NCBI RefSeq assembly: GCF_964355755.1
Contig: NC_092676.1
Location: 8,719,888 to 8,783,887 of the forward strand
Source of the DNA: Antedon mediterranea
Lineage: Eukaryota > Animalia > Echinodermata
Reading direction: 5' to 3'
Length of the DNA stretch: 64,000 nt
The notes beneath the pieces are model-generated. The model was not told where the DNA came from and made no database searches. It saw only the letters and a program-made list of their open reading frames with translations. A program made the position numbers and the translations under genes. Every line of letters begins with the position of its first letter. Position 1 is the stretch's first letter. Of this stretch, positions 58,301-64,000 are shown in pieces.

Positions 58301-61300
58301 TTTCTACTCTGCGGTCAAATCTGAGTGCTGCGTTTTTAAATGGCCTATTGTAGCTTCCCAGCTAGCATTTTACATTTATTAAAGATAGACGTAGCGGAGT
58401 AATTTATACAAGTTTACTTTTAATAGGCAGTGTTTCAAATCATAAAATACTTTTCCCAATCAAACATTCATTATTATTTGTATCATATATTTTTTTTGTT
58501 CACCAGGAGTATAATAAAACAAAGTTCTTTTTCACTTTTTTTCTTTGCTCGAATACCACATAGGAATAATAAAGAATAATAAAGAGTTTGTCATTTTTCA
58601 TGTAATTGGTGGTTTCTCGTGTAGTTCCTTTCTCACCTTAATTGAGTATTGATTATAAATCGAGTGTAATGAAACTGAATCACCATGCGAATACACAATA
58701 ATAAAAAAATTGTTTTATTTGAAATTGCAAATATTGTCAAATTTATGAATATAACGATTAGGGGTTAGTATTATTGTTGTCATGGGAATGAAGTTGCTGT
58801 TGTTATTCTTTAAATAAATTACTTTTTTTTATTAAGAAGATTGCAAATGAAAACAAAGTTAAAAATGAGTAAAATATATTTTATTGATTATTATATTTAT
58901 ATGAATTTTAATTTGTTAATGTATAAAAATTATTGCTGTAACAAAAATGTCTACACTATTAACAGTTTAAAAGATTTAAAATTTAGTTTCTTAAACCAAT
59001 CAATGTGTGGATTTTATTCCCTCATGAAACAGAAAGCTAATTTATTTTCAGTATGGTTTTTAATTGAATGATATGGATTTTCTAAAATCATATTATGTTT
59101 TGCCGTCCTTTGGGGTCTCTTCAATTTCATACAGCTCTGTAGCAGAGTTAAGTTTACAATTCAAAGTGTTGGGTTCATTAAACATGTCTTCTACTAAGAA
59201 ATGTATTTGTGCGTCTATTAATACCGGACGCTATTTGCTGCGATCCCCTGTTGATAATACCCGACTCTTTCTTAATCCTACAAGGAGGAACAGTCCTTCC
59301 ATGTGGCTGTCCCCCATATGTGAAACATGTTTCCAAAGTATATTTGTGAGGTGTCATTAAGTTTAAAAAAACTCCTAAAATCAATTAAAAAAAATATTGC
59401 TTAAACATTAATATTTAGTTTTAGTTGTCTGTAATGCGCCTTGAAATTTTTTTGATAAGGTACTGCAATACAGATGATTTATGTATAATGTATATTCATA
59501 TATATGTTTTCGCAGAGGAGTACTATTGCTGTGATTTTCATTTCGATCGCATATCTACTGAGCTGTTTGATTTCCATGAGTGCTTATCAATATGTTTTCA
59601 TGATAATTGAATTGCATAATTTTGCAGAAAGTACAGACTATATATTCAAAGTTCAAAGTACCAAAAAAAAAAAATGAAGGAGTTAAAATTTCATGCAGTG
59701 GAAAAAACCTTTATTTGGAGATGTTAATGGCAATATACAACCCAATATTTTCTTTTAAAGTTTTTTTTTTTCAATTTAAAATTAATTAATTAAAATTGTT
59801 TGAATGTTTTCAGTTTCTGTTTTCTATATATATATATATTTTTTCAAGAAATGGGAAGTCAATACAGATTACAAAGTCCATTTATTATGCAATAGCTTAG
59901 TCTTAAATAAATATAAAGAAAAAGAACTATCTTTAAACATAATCTATCTATCTGTTATAATTTCGTATCCCAGCCGGATAGAACGCGTACAGTACTCTTA
60001 ATGGTCTGTCTGTGCATTCACCGTCCTACCACCTCTAATGACAACATTCCTCTTGTTCTTACTTGGTTTAGCCGTTCTCAATTAAGAACGGCTTTACCAC
60101 GTTGAAACACCGGTTCTATATACGGCTTTACCACGTTGAAACACCGGTTCTATATACGGCTTTACCACGTTGAAACACCGGTTCTCGTCAGATCACCGAA
60201 GTTAAGCAACGTTGGGCCTGGTTAGAGCGTGGATGGGAGACCATCTGGGAATAGCGGGTGCTGTATACGGAGCTGGGGTCCCGTTAGGCATTTGAAATCA
60301 GCACTGCTGACTCTTATGGCAGCCCCTGCATCTAGTATCTGCTTCAGACCTCTGGTCCAGGTAGGCACTGGACGAGAGAAGCCCTGATCAATGTCAGGAG
60401 CAATCAAGGTGCTTTAAACAGTCCTTGCTTCGTTTGTATCAAACCTGTTAGTGGCGGTAATTATTGCTGTTGGTTTCGATTGAATAAAATAAAATCAGGC
60501 TGTCATTGTCTGAAGTTGACATATGCATTGAGCAAGCAACTTTATGTACATCATTTATTTATTTTTCACCGTATAAAATTACTAAATGTACTAAAAAATG
60601 AAATTTTTCGTTTACAGGTTGAGGCACTTGCCTGTTGAGTATTTTGATCTTCCAGTGCAATCAGTTCTGTGCGAAGTATTCGGTTTACAGCCACCATCAG
60701 ACATAGCGGATGATTGTGAAATGTTACCCACTACTGATTGGCCACTAGCGTCACTGACACGTTTACTGGAGGTCATCGCAGAAAAAGAACAAGTCGCTAA
60801 AGTTGTGGTAGGCTAAATTATGCAAATAGTTTTAATTATTATTCTAATGCTCGGTCTACACTATCAAAGATGGTAAAACATGTGATGTGCCCATATATGG
60901 GCACATATATCACTACCATATTTGGGCATCACTACCAATTACTACTACCAGGCACATCACATTTTTTTGTCAAACTAGTTGGATAGTGTAGTCATCTATA
61001 CAACCGAGTCTAATAATAATAATAATAATAATAATAAACATTTGAATTTAAAAAAATGAAAAGAATTATCAAAAGCGCATTATATCCTGAAATTGTCCAA
61101 ATAAATGAGTTCTATATTATTTGAGTGGGCGAATACATTACCAGATTATACAATTTGATAAAATAATACTTTATTCTAACAAAATGTGTCACTATATCTG
61201 TATAGAGTTTAAACAGAATCACAAATCATTTCCTCTCAAGTTTTTATTGTTTACATTCAATTTTCCAACAGAAAAGGCTAAACAATTTATTGTAGCTAAA

Positions 61301-61549
61301 AATTGACTAAAAGCATTTTCAAAAAGCTTAATCAAAGCCATGTCAATATTGTAATTTTGAGGAGATGAAATATCTGTAACTATTTGTTATTTTTTTTCAC
61401 TCACAGAGAAATGGACCAGTGCCTTTAGTATGTTTATATCAAGGTTTTGTTGCAACCTCTCCACAAGCCAAAAATCAAGCATTACCATGCAATTATGTGT
61501 TCCTACCTCTTATTGATGAAAACCTTGCAGAACATGCAGAAACAGACAG
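631..61549 (+). CDS. RNF17: Multi-exon Tudor-domain gene (5'-partial), RNF17/TDRD4/Qin-like C-terminal half; 9 exons identified
   Basis: All junctions are GT-AG and intron phases match (1,0,0,0,0,1,2,0). The spliced product has two extended Tudor domains (WRPGQACFAQFSLDELWYRGKV...VQYVDFGNSE; CCAGLYGQDNQWYRAKI...VQYVDFGTAE). Flanks LPEPGSLFDVTITHADAPNMVYI and PVPLVCLY...VFLPLIDENLAE recall the last two RNF17 Tudor modules (from memory). Tudor call is strong; orthology is moderate. Confidence 0.72.
1049..1717 (+). repeat. Coding 24-bp minisatellite (aaagacagtgttcatagcatcggt), about 28 units, encoding KDSVHSIG
   Basis: Directly visible tandem array; variants KDSVHSTC, KVSVHSIG, KNSIHSIS and one 7-aa unit KDIVGVC all keep frame. 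Confidence 0.97.
2640..2995 (-). mobile_element. 5'-truncated LINE 3' fragment (RTE-like C-terminus)
   Basis: ORF 2674-2955 reads RRRLKWYEHIIRLPE...KRPVGRPRNNWMNQIKKDL...NRKKWKQIV, the typical post-RT C-terminus of RTE-clade ORF2. Boundaries approximate. Confidence 0.75.
3388..3807. mobile_element. Foldback/MITE-like long inverted repeat (arms about 185 bp, loop about 40 bp)
   Basis: ttcacactggaacccatttacactt (3388) pairs with aagtgtaaatgggttccagtgtgaa (to 3807); inner cacgtccaatcaaatgacgtcatgat pairs with atcatgacgtcatttgattggacgtg. Confidence 0.85.
3885..3972 (+). mobile_element. SINE central-domain fragment (Deu/Nin-like), related to 61580-61790
   Basis: Shares taaac...gtgtaca...aagagtagg.ggttaccc..gtg with the copy at 61670-61745. 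Confidence 0.45.
3977..4040. repeat. 16-bp tandem repeat (atcactgccttcgtta / atcactgccttcatgc), about 4 units
   Basis: Visible tandem copies. Confidence 0.8.
4858..5225. mobile_element. Degenerate copy of a dispersed MITE family carrying repeated tgtcccctgaatag motifs
   Basis: The same motif recurs near 11190-11265, 26490-26955, 27376-27504, 35785-35970, 39945-40054 and 42355-42510. Confidence 0.55.
5227..5892. mobile_element. Non-autonomous element with inverted minisatellite arms (cacaaatgtgaaaac... left, ...gttttcacatttgtg right)
   Basis: Left array 5234-5343 is the reverse complement of right array 5625-5850; termini tgtt...aaca; unique spacer between; no TSD seen. Confidence 0.75.
6130..6920 (-). 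mobile_element. Decayed DNA transposon relic, probably Kolobok-like, with a P2X7-ballast/KolX-like pseudo-ORF (about 6716 to 6470)
   Basis: Inverted motifs cgccatctt...gtgacgtcaga (about 6160-6199) and tctgacgtcac...aaaatggcg (about 6850-6889). Minus strand from ATG 6716 reads MAWSFYNSENLEPEYTEREL..., then across stops/frameshifts EEW, GQCI, MP, NSC*, HCIVNQQPPF. True termini not identified. Confidence 0.5.
6969..7130 (-). mobile_element. LINE/SINE 3' tail remnant ending aataaa + (ttgaa)n
   Basis: aattcaattcaattcaattcaactttatt on +; similar tails near 37250, 38575 and 45770. Confidence 0.5.
8497..8800 (+). mobile_element. tRNA-derived SINE (degenerate)
   Basis: A-box tggccgagcagttaag, B-box ggttcgaggc; body resembles the copy at 61580. 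Confidence 0.6.
8826..8970 (-). mobile_element. L2-like 3' UTR fragment, inverted relative to 15040-15270
   Basis: Reverse complement matches ctgaattctgttc...ctggag...tatcttaggatattt...tgtgtgta at 15100-15240. Confidence 0.55.
11841..12010 (+). CDS. RNF17: Exon B: Tudor N-half (KILLKEIMEELQNICSKRP...WRPGQACFAQFSLDELWYRGKVLSVQQDIIW)
   Basis: Acceptor ctattgtag|gt, donor tgg|gtaggt; Tudor WYRG motif; phase 1 in, phase 0 out. Confidence 0.92.
12064..12304 (+). mobile_element. 5S rRNA-derived SINE (SINE3-type), older copy
   Basis: ttgaaacaccggtt...gttaagcaac...tggatgagagacc 5S head followed by the same non-5S body as the 60088 copy (ggcatttgaaatcagca.tgctgactcttatggcagc...ggcactggac.agagaagccct..gatcaatg). 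Confidence 0.85.
13510..13708. repeat. About 68-bp tandem repeat x3
   Basis: catgcgtctcatgtgtttgtaatgcaccccagacactatcatcatctatgttgatgtttgacata occurs three times. Confidence 0.92.
14640..15270 (+). mobile_element. L2/CR1-group LINE 3' fragment interrupted by a MITE
   Basis: Reads YGNRSLS/FSSARLWNDLPQAIPEAASID...KKSLK (frameshifted) before the MITE; ends gcgctataaa...attattatta. Includes a 48-bp direct duplication at about 15040-15132. Confidence 0.6.
14794..14946. mobile_element. MITE with 17-bp TIR agctctgtctacactat (PIF/Harbinger-like by 3-bp flanks)
   Basis: TIR 14794-14810 / atagtgtagacagagct 14930-14946; related copies at about 48845-48910 and 60849-60993. Confidence 0.8.
16275..16394 (+). 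CDS. RNF17: Exon C: Tudor C-half (VQYVDFGNSEGVTADKLRTATCYTEIPHQCLECILYGSRI)
   Basis: Acceptor ttttgtacag|gtg, donor att|gtaagt; 120 nt; YVDFGN Tudor motif. Confidence 0.93.
16875..17830. mobile_element. Non-autonomous element with internal tRNA-like segment and terminal ~200-bp palindrome (Crypton-like assignment tentative)
   Basis: Second, inverted, internally deleted copy at 40080-40492; hairpin 17635-17830; minus-strand A/B-box-like segment about 17110-17190. Confidence 0.7.
18400..18660 (-). mobile_element. Degenerate inverted copy of the TTAA/Kolobok-type MITE
   Basis: agatttgttgtcccccaaaaacatgaaa and ttatgtgacattaaaatggcat match the reverse complement of 41985-42289. Confidence 0.7.
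18892..19185 (+). mobile_element. tRNA-head CORE-type SINE with L2-like tail
   Basis: gagtttgaatcc B-box, tatccttaggccagacactt, ccaggggtataaataggtacctggta, tail tgaagcact...; sister copy at 38025-38265. Confidence 0.65.
19983..20063 (+). CDS. RNF17: Exon D (VNSANCWPTDALKFMYENLTICRIERK)
   Basis: Acceptor ttcccaacag|gtg, donor aag|gtactg; 81 nt; W..DA motif of the extended Tudor fold. Confidence 0.85.
20672..20995 (+). CDS. RNF17: Exon E (GVWQRGMPLMVMVTMPNGLDLHDALI...LPEPGSLFDVTITHADAPNM)
   Basis: Acceptor cttcttcttag|ggt, donor atg|gtatgt; 324 nt open. Confidence 0.88.
21129..21448 (-). repeat. tRNA-derived SINE head followed by a 24-bp tandem array (about 11 units), each holding a Pol III B-box
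   Basis: Minus strand from 21448: ggagctgtagcttagtggttaac (A-box)...ctagggttcaatcctgacctagtgcct, then (gggttcaatcctgacctagtgcct)n. Confidence 0.88.
25228..25369 (+). CDS. RNF17: Exon F (VYIQHFQGHTENPVTRDSIRQLNHLIEMNAEIHHLAAAWPVVFDPYV)
   Basis: Acceptor atttcag|gta, donor gtcg|gtaagt; 142 nt, phase 1 out matches exon G. Confidence 0.88.
26490..26955. repeat. 18-19 bp minisatellite (gaggtgttccttgaatg / gaggtgtcccttgaatag) expanded from a MITE motif
   Basis: Visible array; preceded by gggaaagtgtctcc, also found in the MITE copy at about 27457. Confidence 0.9.
27376..27504. mobile_element. MITE, Tc1/pogo-like termini (ca.tagaacc...ggttttactg)
   Basis: Imperfect inverted termini, TA on the left; same family as 39945-40054. 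Confidence 0.6.
27590..27920 (-). mobile_element. CR1/L2-group LINE 3' fragment
   Basis: Minus strand reads RTNIGQYSIKYSGAKLWNEIPDDLR..., the same C-terminal motif class as IQFSGPKYWNNLP of the large LINE. Confidence 0.7.
28077..28140. repeat. 15-bp tandem repeat (gaccccatttacatc) x4
   Basis: Visible tandem copies. Confidence 0.85.
30366..33285 (-). pseudogene. LINE ORF2 (APE endonuclease + reverse transcriptase), broken by deletions and frameshifts
   Basis: HINARSL, IGITETWL, LGDFNID (APE); KSPGIDDI, NYRPISVLP, QFGFR, FIDLSKAFDTI, GVPQGSLLGPLLFLLYIND, YADDT, FLGV (RT). The APE C-terminus after IHRPTR is missing; frameshift at about 30680. Confidence 0.92.
33608..34432 (-). CDS. LINE ORF1 protein (coiled coil + RRM + CTD, L1/Tnp22-type), 274 aa, open
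   Basis: LEQYSRRNCLRVFGIPE, DIDRSHR, RPRPIIVKF, ISIQEDLT, VWSIDGRI motifs. Confidence 0.88.
   Translation of the reverse strand: MATNTKEAPATNTGKATRHSKALSDVISSPDLARFIEDSVRKAFEGPLIADLISKQVSVALESHNFADAINRSVNKIMAKTMDRLDHLESQIFDCQNKMADMSCNIASENSFMDEIQRQIKKQGELIDDLEQYSRRNCLRVFGIPETKQENTDQIVLDLASSKLGVNITNLDIDRSHRTGPRNGNARRPRPIIVKFTSYRSRKKVISARRKLKGCGISIQEDLTLMKRNLLAKAKQHPKIKNVWSIDGRISATVDKNDREVIISISSLTELDKI
34769..35417 (+). mobile_element. Helentron-associated non-autonomous element (HINE/DINE-1-like)
   Basis: 5' tttacctccgccaaggaggta followed by gtgt/gttt microsatellite; 3' subterminal IR ggcggaggta, hairpin cactc ttg gagtg, then ctagtt. Confidence 0.82.
38025..38265 (+). mobile_element. CORE-type SINE, sister of 18892-19185
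   Basis: gagtttgattcc, gtgtccttaggcaagacattt, aaataggtacctggta, tgaagcgct. Confidence 0.65.
39712..39844 (+). CDS. RNF17: Exon G: Tudor core (GLCCAGLYGQDNQWYRAKILKISPPNSITVQYVDFGTAERVTLD)
   Basis: Acceptor caatattag|gt, donor gatag|gtgaga; 133 nt; WYRA and YVDFG motifs; absent from the ORF track. Confidence 0.94.
39945..40054. mobile_element. Short Tc1/pogo-like MITE (cagtaaaccc...ggggttccactg|ta)
   Basis: Inverted termini and internal agggacacc repeats. Confidence 0.6.
40062..40492. mobile_element. Inverted, internally deleted copy of the 16875-17830 element, with a 16-bp-arm hairpin at its left end
   Basis: aaatataagatttgacatccccgagggaatgatatt and gtagtcatgtgatgcagtttcaaccaat match the first copy; tctaagcaggcaatat-tgg-atattgcctgcttaga at 40062-40096. 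Confidence 0.8.
41421..41491. repeat. 15-bp tandem repeat (gtcatgccctatttg), about 5 units
   Basis: Visible tandem copies. Confidence 0.9.
41985..42289. mobile_element. Complete MITE with TTAA target-site duplication and AG...CT termini (Kolobok-type)
   Basis: ttaa|agatgtattgttcccccgaaaa ... ttttgggggacaatacatct|ttaa; other copies at about 18400, 25450 and 30074+34670. Confidence 0.85.
43273..43777 (-). repeat. (TA)n-delimited 364-bp unit plus a 109-bp partial tandem copy, containing the tRNA-like gene
   Basis: 43305-43413 is repeated almost exactly at 43669-43777, each preceded by a TA run. Confidence 0.88.
43415..43486 (-). tRNA. tRNA-like cloverleaf with ATC anticodon (nominally Asp); probably repeat-borne rather than a translational tRNA
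   Basis: GCCCCAG TG GTCT AATGGTTA GGAC A TCTGC ATATCAA GCAGG CGGT CCGAG TTCGAGT CTCGG TTGGGGC G: all four stems pair (with G-U), A/B boxes intact, followed by aCTTTTT. A32 and the ATC anticodon are atypical. Confidence 0.65.
48388..48778. repeat. 55-58 bp tandem repeat x7
   Basis: atgggattcttattgcattgatgtacaggtggcaggcctataatttaatattctg repeated with small indels. Confidence 0.95.
49858..50468. repeat. About 165-bp diverged tandem repeat x3 plus an overlapping ~88-bp duplication
   Basis: tatctattctattgtgattttatctcattc at about 49868, 50028 and 50197; ttttgccaacatgctacaaaaatgg at about 50289 and 50377. Confidence 0.85.
50708..53574. repeat. 53-bp satellite, about 54 highly homogeneous units
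   Basis: Unit gtgccaatatactgctcttactgtacagatacagatgtattgtgtcaatgact; no unique spacers. Confidence 0.98.
55819..57375 (+). mobile_element. Non-autonomous Helitron-like element with internal ~262-bp tandem duplication
   Basis: A|TC tatatata 5' end; 3' hairpin agatggtacgc...gcgtgccatct running into CTAG|T; duplication about 56273-56534 / 56535-56796. The 5' end is less certain than the 3' end. Confidence 0.7.
60088..60395 (+). mobile_element. 5S rRNA-derived SINE (SINE3-type), younger copy, with the first 34 bp present three times
   Basis: About 60153-60267 follows invertebrate 5S rRNA (accacgttgaaacaccggttctcgtcagatcaccgaagttaagcaacg...tggatgggagacc...gggaatagcgggtgctgta), has no T-run terminator and continues into the body shared with 12064-12304. 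Confidence 0.9.
60618..60807 (+). CDS. RNF17: Exon H (LRHLPVEYFDLPVQSVLCEVFGLQPP...DWPLASLTRLLEVIAEKEQVAKVV)
   Basis: Acceptor tttacag|g, donor gtg|gtaggc; phase 2 in matches exon G; L..LP..F.LP.Q...C...G..P post-Tudor motif. Confidence 0.92.
60849..60993. mobile_element. Copy of the gctctgtctacactat MITE
   Basis: gctcggtctacactatc...gatagtgtagtc; interior matches 14794-14946. Confidence 0.75.
61407..61549 (+). CDS. RNF17: Exon I (RNGPVPLVCLYQGFVATSPQAKNQALPCNYVFLPLIDENLAEHAETD)
   Basis: Acceptor cactcacag|aga, donor acag|gtattg; final strand and helix (L...LA) of the extended Tudor fold. Confidence 0.85.
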
Positions 61550-61579
61550 GTATTGTTTTATTTTTGAGCTAAAAGTAAT

Positions 61580-61790
61580 GAGTGAGTGGCCGAGCGGTTA
61601 AGACAGTGGAAGCGTAATCCTTGTGGTAAGGGTTAGAGGCTCACATACATCTTGGTTCTAGTCTTCTTGGGCTATAAACCGTAGGTTCTGTGTACATAAA
61701 ATGCTCGCATGCACTAGAAGAGTAGGGGGTTACCCTGGTGTATTAGCTAACATAGCCACTGTCATGGACAGACGATATAGCGATGTACTT
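61580..61790 (+). mobile_element. tRNA-derived SINE with Deu/Nin-like central domain
   Basis: A-box gtggccgagcggttaag; ctataaaccgtaggttctgtgtac...gaagagtagggggttaccctggtgt. Confidence 0.65.
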
Positions 61791-62732
61791 GGCAGCACCA
61801 ACATGACGTGACCCTTGGGGAGAAGCATGTACAGTAGTTAAAAAGTCCATAGTGCATTGAGACGACATTGTTTGTGCAATGTGGTATATAAATACAGTAA
61901 CATTAAAGCTATTTACACAGAGCCTGAATTTGGTACGGTGTCGGGAAAGAAAGCCAGACTACGCATACGTACATACACTTTCATTTTCTATTCTTTATGG
62001 CCTAAACCATTTTTCATGATTTCAGCCCACTTGACCGGAATACATAACAGTGTGAAAGGAGCTTTAGAAAGCTTGTTCCTTACTATAGCTTCACTGATCC
62101 TATGTTCCCCGATAGACCTTTGTCTGTAACTTGTAAGCTTCTTTCCTATCGTTGGACAAAGAGTATAATGTTGTATGTACAGATACAGCACATAGAACAT
62201 TGCGAAAGAAAGATAAATCCGATGCATATCTATTGTTGGTGTTCAAATCTTGGTTGGGATGATTTTTCATTCATGGGTTTTTTTACGTTTAATTTTTATG
62301 TTCACATACTATACATTTTTGCATTATCTGAAAGACTCTCTTTAAAACATGACTAAAAAACAGATCTGAATTTGCTATGTTATTCGAATAGGATAATTTA
62401 TCTTTCAACAAGTTCTACTAAAGCACTATGTTACACATTTTATGTTAAAAACACATTGCAATGAGATCAATATCTTTACATTATATATTTTTTTAATAAA
62501 TTACATCTGTTCCATTTTATAAATTTTATATAGGTTAACCTATAATACATTATAATAGCGAAAGTCAATTGTTTTCCCAGCTCATACTTTATTATTCTCA
62601 AACAAACTTTTCAATTTTATCTAATGCATTGTATTATGTTGTGTTCCAGGTTAATGCTTTAGAGGGTTTTAGATAACAGGTTAATACGTGGAGTATAGTA
62701 CGTATATCTAAATGTGTAATCTCTTCTTTCAG

Positions 62733-62763
62733 GTTAATCTGCCACATAAAAACATTAAATTGA
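62733..62763 (+). CDS. Candidate terminal coding exon (RLICHIKTLN*)
   Basis: Good acceptor ctcttctttcag|g; in phase 2 it gives a short tail and stop. An alternative acceptor at 62649 gives RLML*. No independent support. Confidence 0.35.
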
Positions 62764-64000
62764 TATACTTTTATTATTTCTGATGATGACATTTAAGCTA
62801 AATCTAACATACAGTGTATAATATCATCATCTGCCATCTCTGTAGAGTATGCTATTAGTGTATTTGAGGCAGTGGTGACATATGAACTCATCATCATTAT
62901 CATTAGGTACTGAGTCCTGATAGATCTTCTAATAAAGTTCCTTTTAATGTACTATATCTAGATAAAGTGCTTGACAACCCCCCTAATTCGATGCTTTATA
63001 CAGTGCATTTTTAAAATATACCTTTTTCCAAGCAAAAAAGCCGAAAACATAGTTTCACCTTTTCACAAACTTGCTCTGAGAAGCCTGTTAAAGCTGTGCT
63101 CTATAGTAACTATTTGACATAACAATACTAAGGTAAAAGATATGTATCATATCTCCTGTAAATTCACACAATTTAGTACTGCTTTTAATTTTTTTTAAAA
63201 GAGTATATATTTGTGTATATTGACATTATTAATGTATATTTTGTATTTATTTATTGGAAATTTGACACCATAACGATACATACATCAATATTCATAGAGA
63301 AAAAAAAGGTACATAGACAATGGTGACACCCTGTTTCTTTAACTTATTATAAAGGGTAATGAGTTGTAGATATGAATTAATGTGAAATTTAGACCGTAAG
63401 TATGTTATGATGTCATCATATGGCCATCTGAATTTTTAAAATAGTTCTTTCGACACAGTTCGTCACATTCAATGAAGCGCATATCGCGTAAACATTTCTT
63501 CCAATTTTCAATAATGTTATTACTCAAAACATTCTCCTTCAGACATACTGTATGAACTTTATTTTTAATTTGAAAAGGTCATCATATTTAAATAATTAAA
63601 TAAACGTGAGTGGTGAAAATAAAAACTAACCCGTCAACTAAACCATTTACAATGCCAATATTGTCAACTGTTGATGATTTTGATTGATGCTATGATTGAT
63701 GTGGTGCAGCCTACTGTAGACTAAGCATAACAAATAGCATGTGCATGTTATGATGTGTTACGCGATAGCCTAACTCGTCACCGTGACCAGTTCAAATCTA
63801 GTTAATTTAGAAATTTGATATTTTTTTTGGCAATCTCATTCTCAATGTCATCTATATACAGTAATTTATATCATGAATTTAAATTACTTACCAAGAGATT
63901 AGAATCTGTTGTGTGCTTGTTTATTGGAAGATTCAGAAAACAATAGGTGACCAGCATTTACCAATTGCATACCATATTAATTATAACAATTTTTTTTTTC

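Noticed and set aside
59064-59384. Overlapping short ORFs in a slightly GC-richer patch
   Set aside because: No recognisable motif in any frame, and exons G and H already join without it; at most an unidentifiable TE remnant.
60153-60267. Functional 5S rRNA gene
   Set aside because: Altered termini and internal substitutions, no oligo-T terminator, and it continues into a body shared with another dispersed copy, so it is a SINE.

Overview
AT-rich animal (invertebrate-type) genomic DNA, not prokaryotic. The whole window lies within the 3' part of one plus-strand, intron-rich gene. Nine GT-AG exons (631-2468, 11841-12010, 16275-16394, 19983-20063, 20672-20995, 25228-25369, 39712-39844, 60618-60807, 61407-61549) splice in consistent phase. 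They encode a long Ser/Asp-rich region with about 28 KDSVHSIG octapeptide repeats, followed by two extended Tudor domains. From memory this best resembles the C-terminus of RNF17/TDRD4 (Qin/Kumo-like, germline piRNA pathway). The introns hold a decayed ~4.3 kb antisense CR1/L2-group LINE nested in a TTAA-flanked MITE, 5S- and tRNA-derived SINEs, Helitron/Helentron-type elements, several MITE families, a Kolobok-like relic and many tandem arrays, including a 2.9 kb 53-bp satellite. The most unusual item is an intact tRNA cloverleaf with an ATC anticodon inside a (TA)n-delimited 364-bp partial tandem unit whose duplication breakpoint lies within 1 nt of the tRNA 3' end. All family names come from motif recognition by eye; no database search was run, and no new system is demonstrated.
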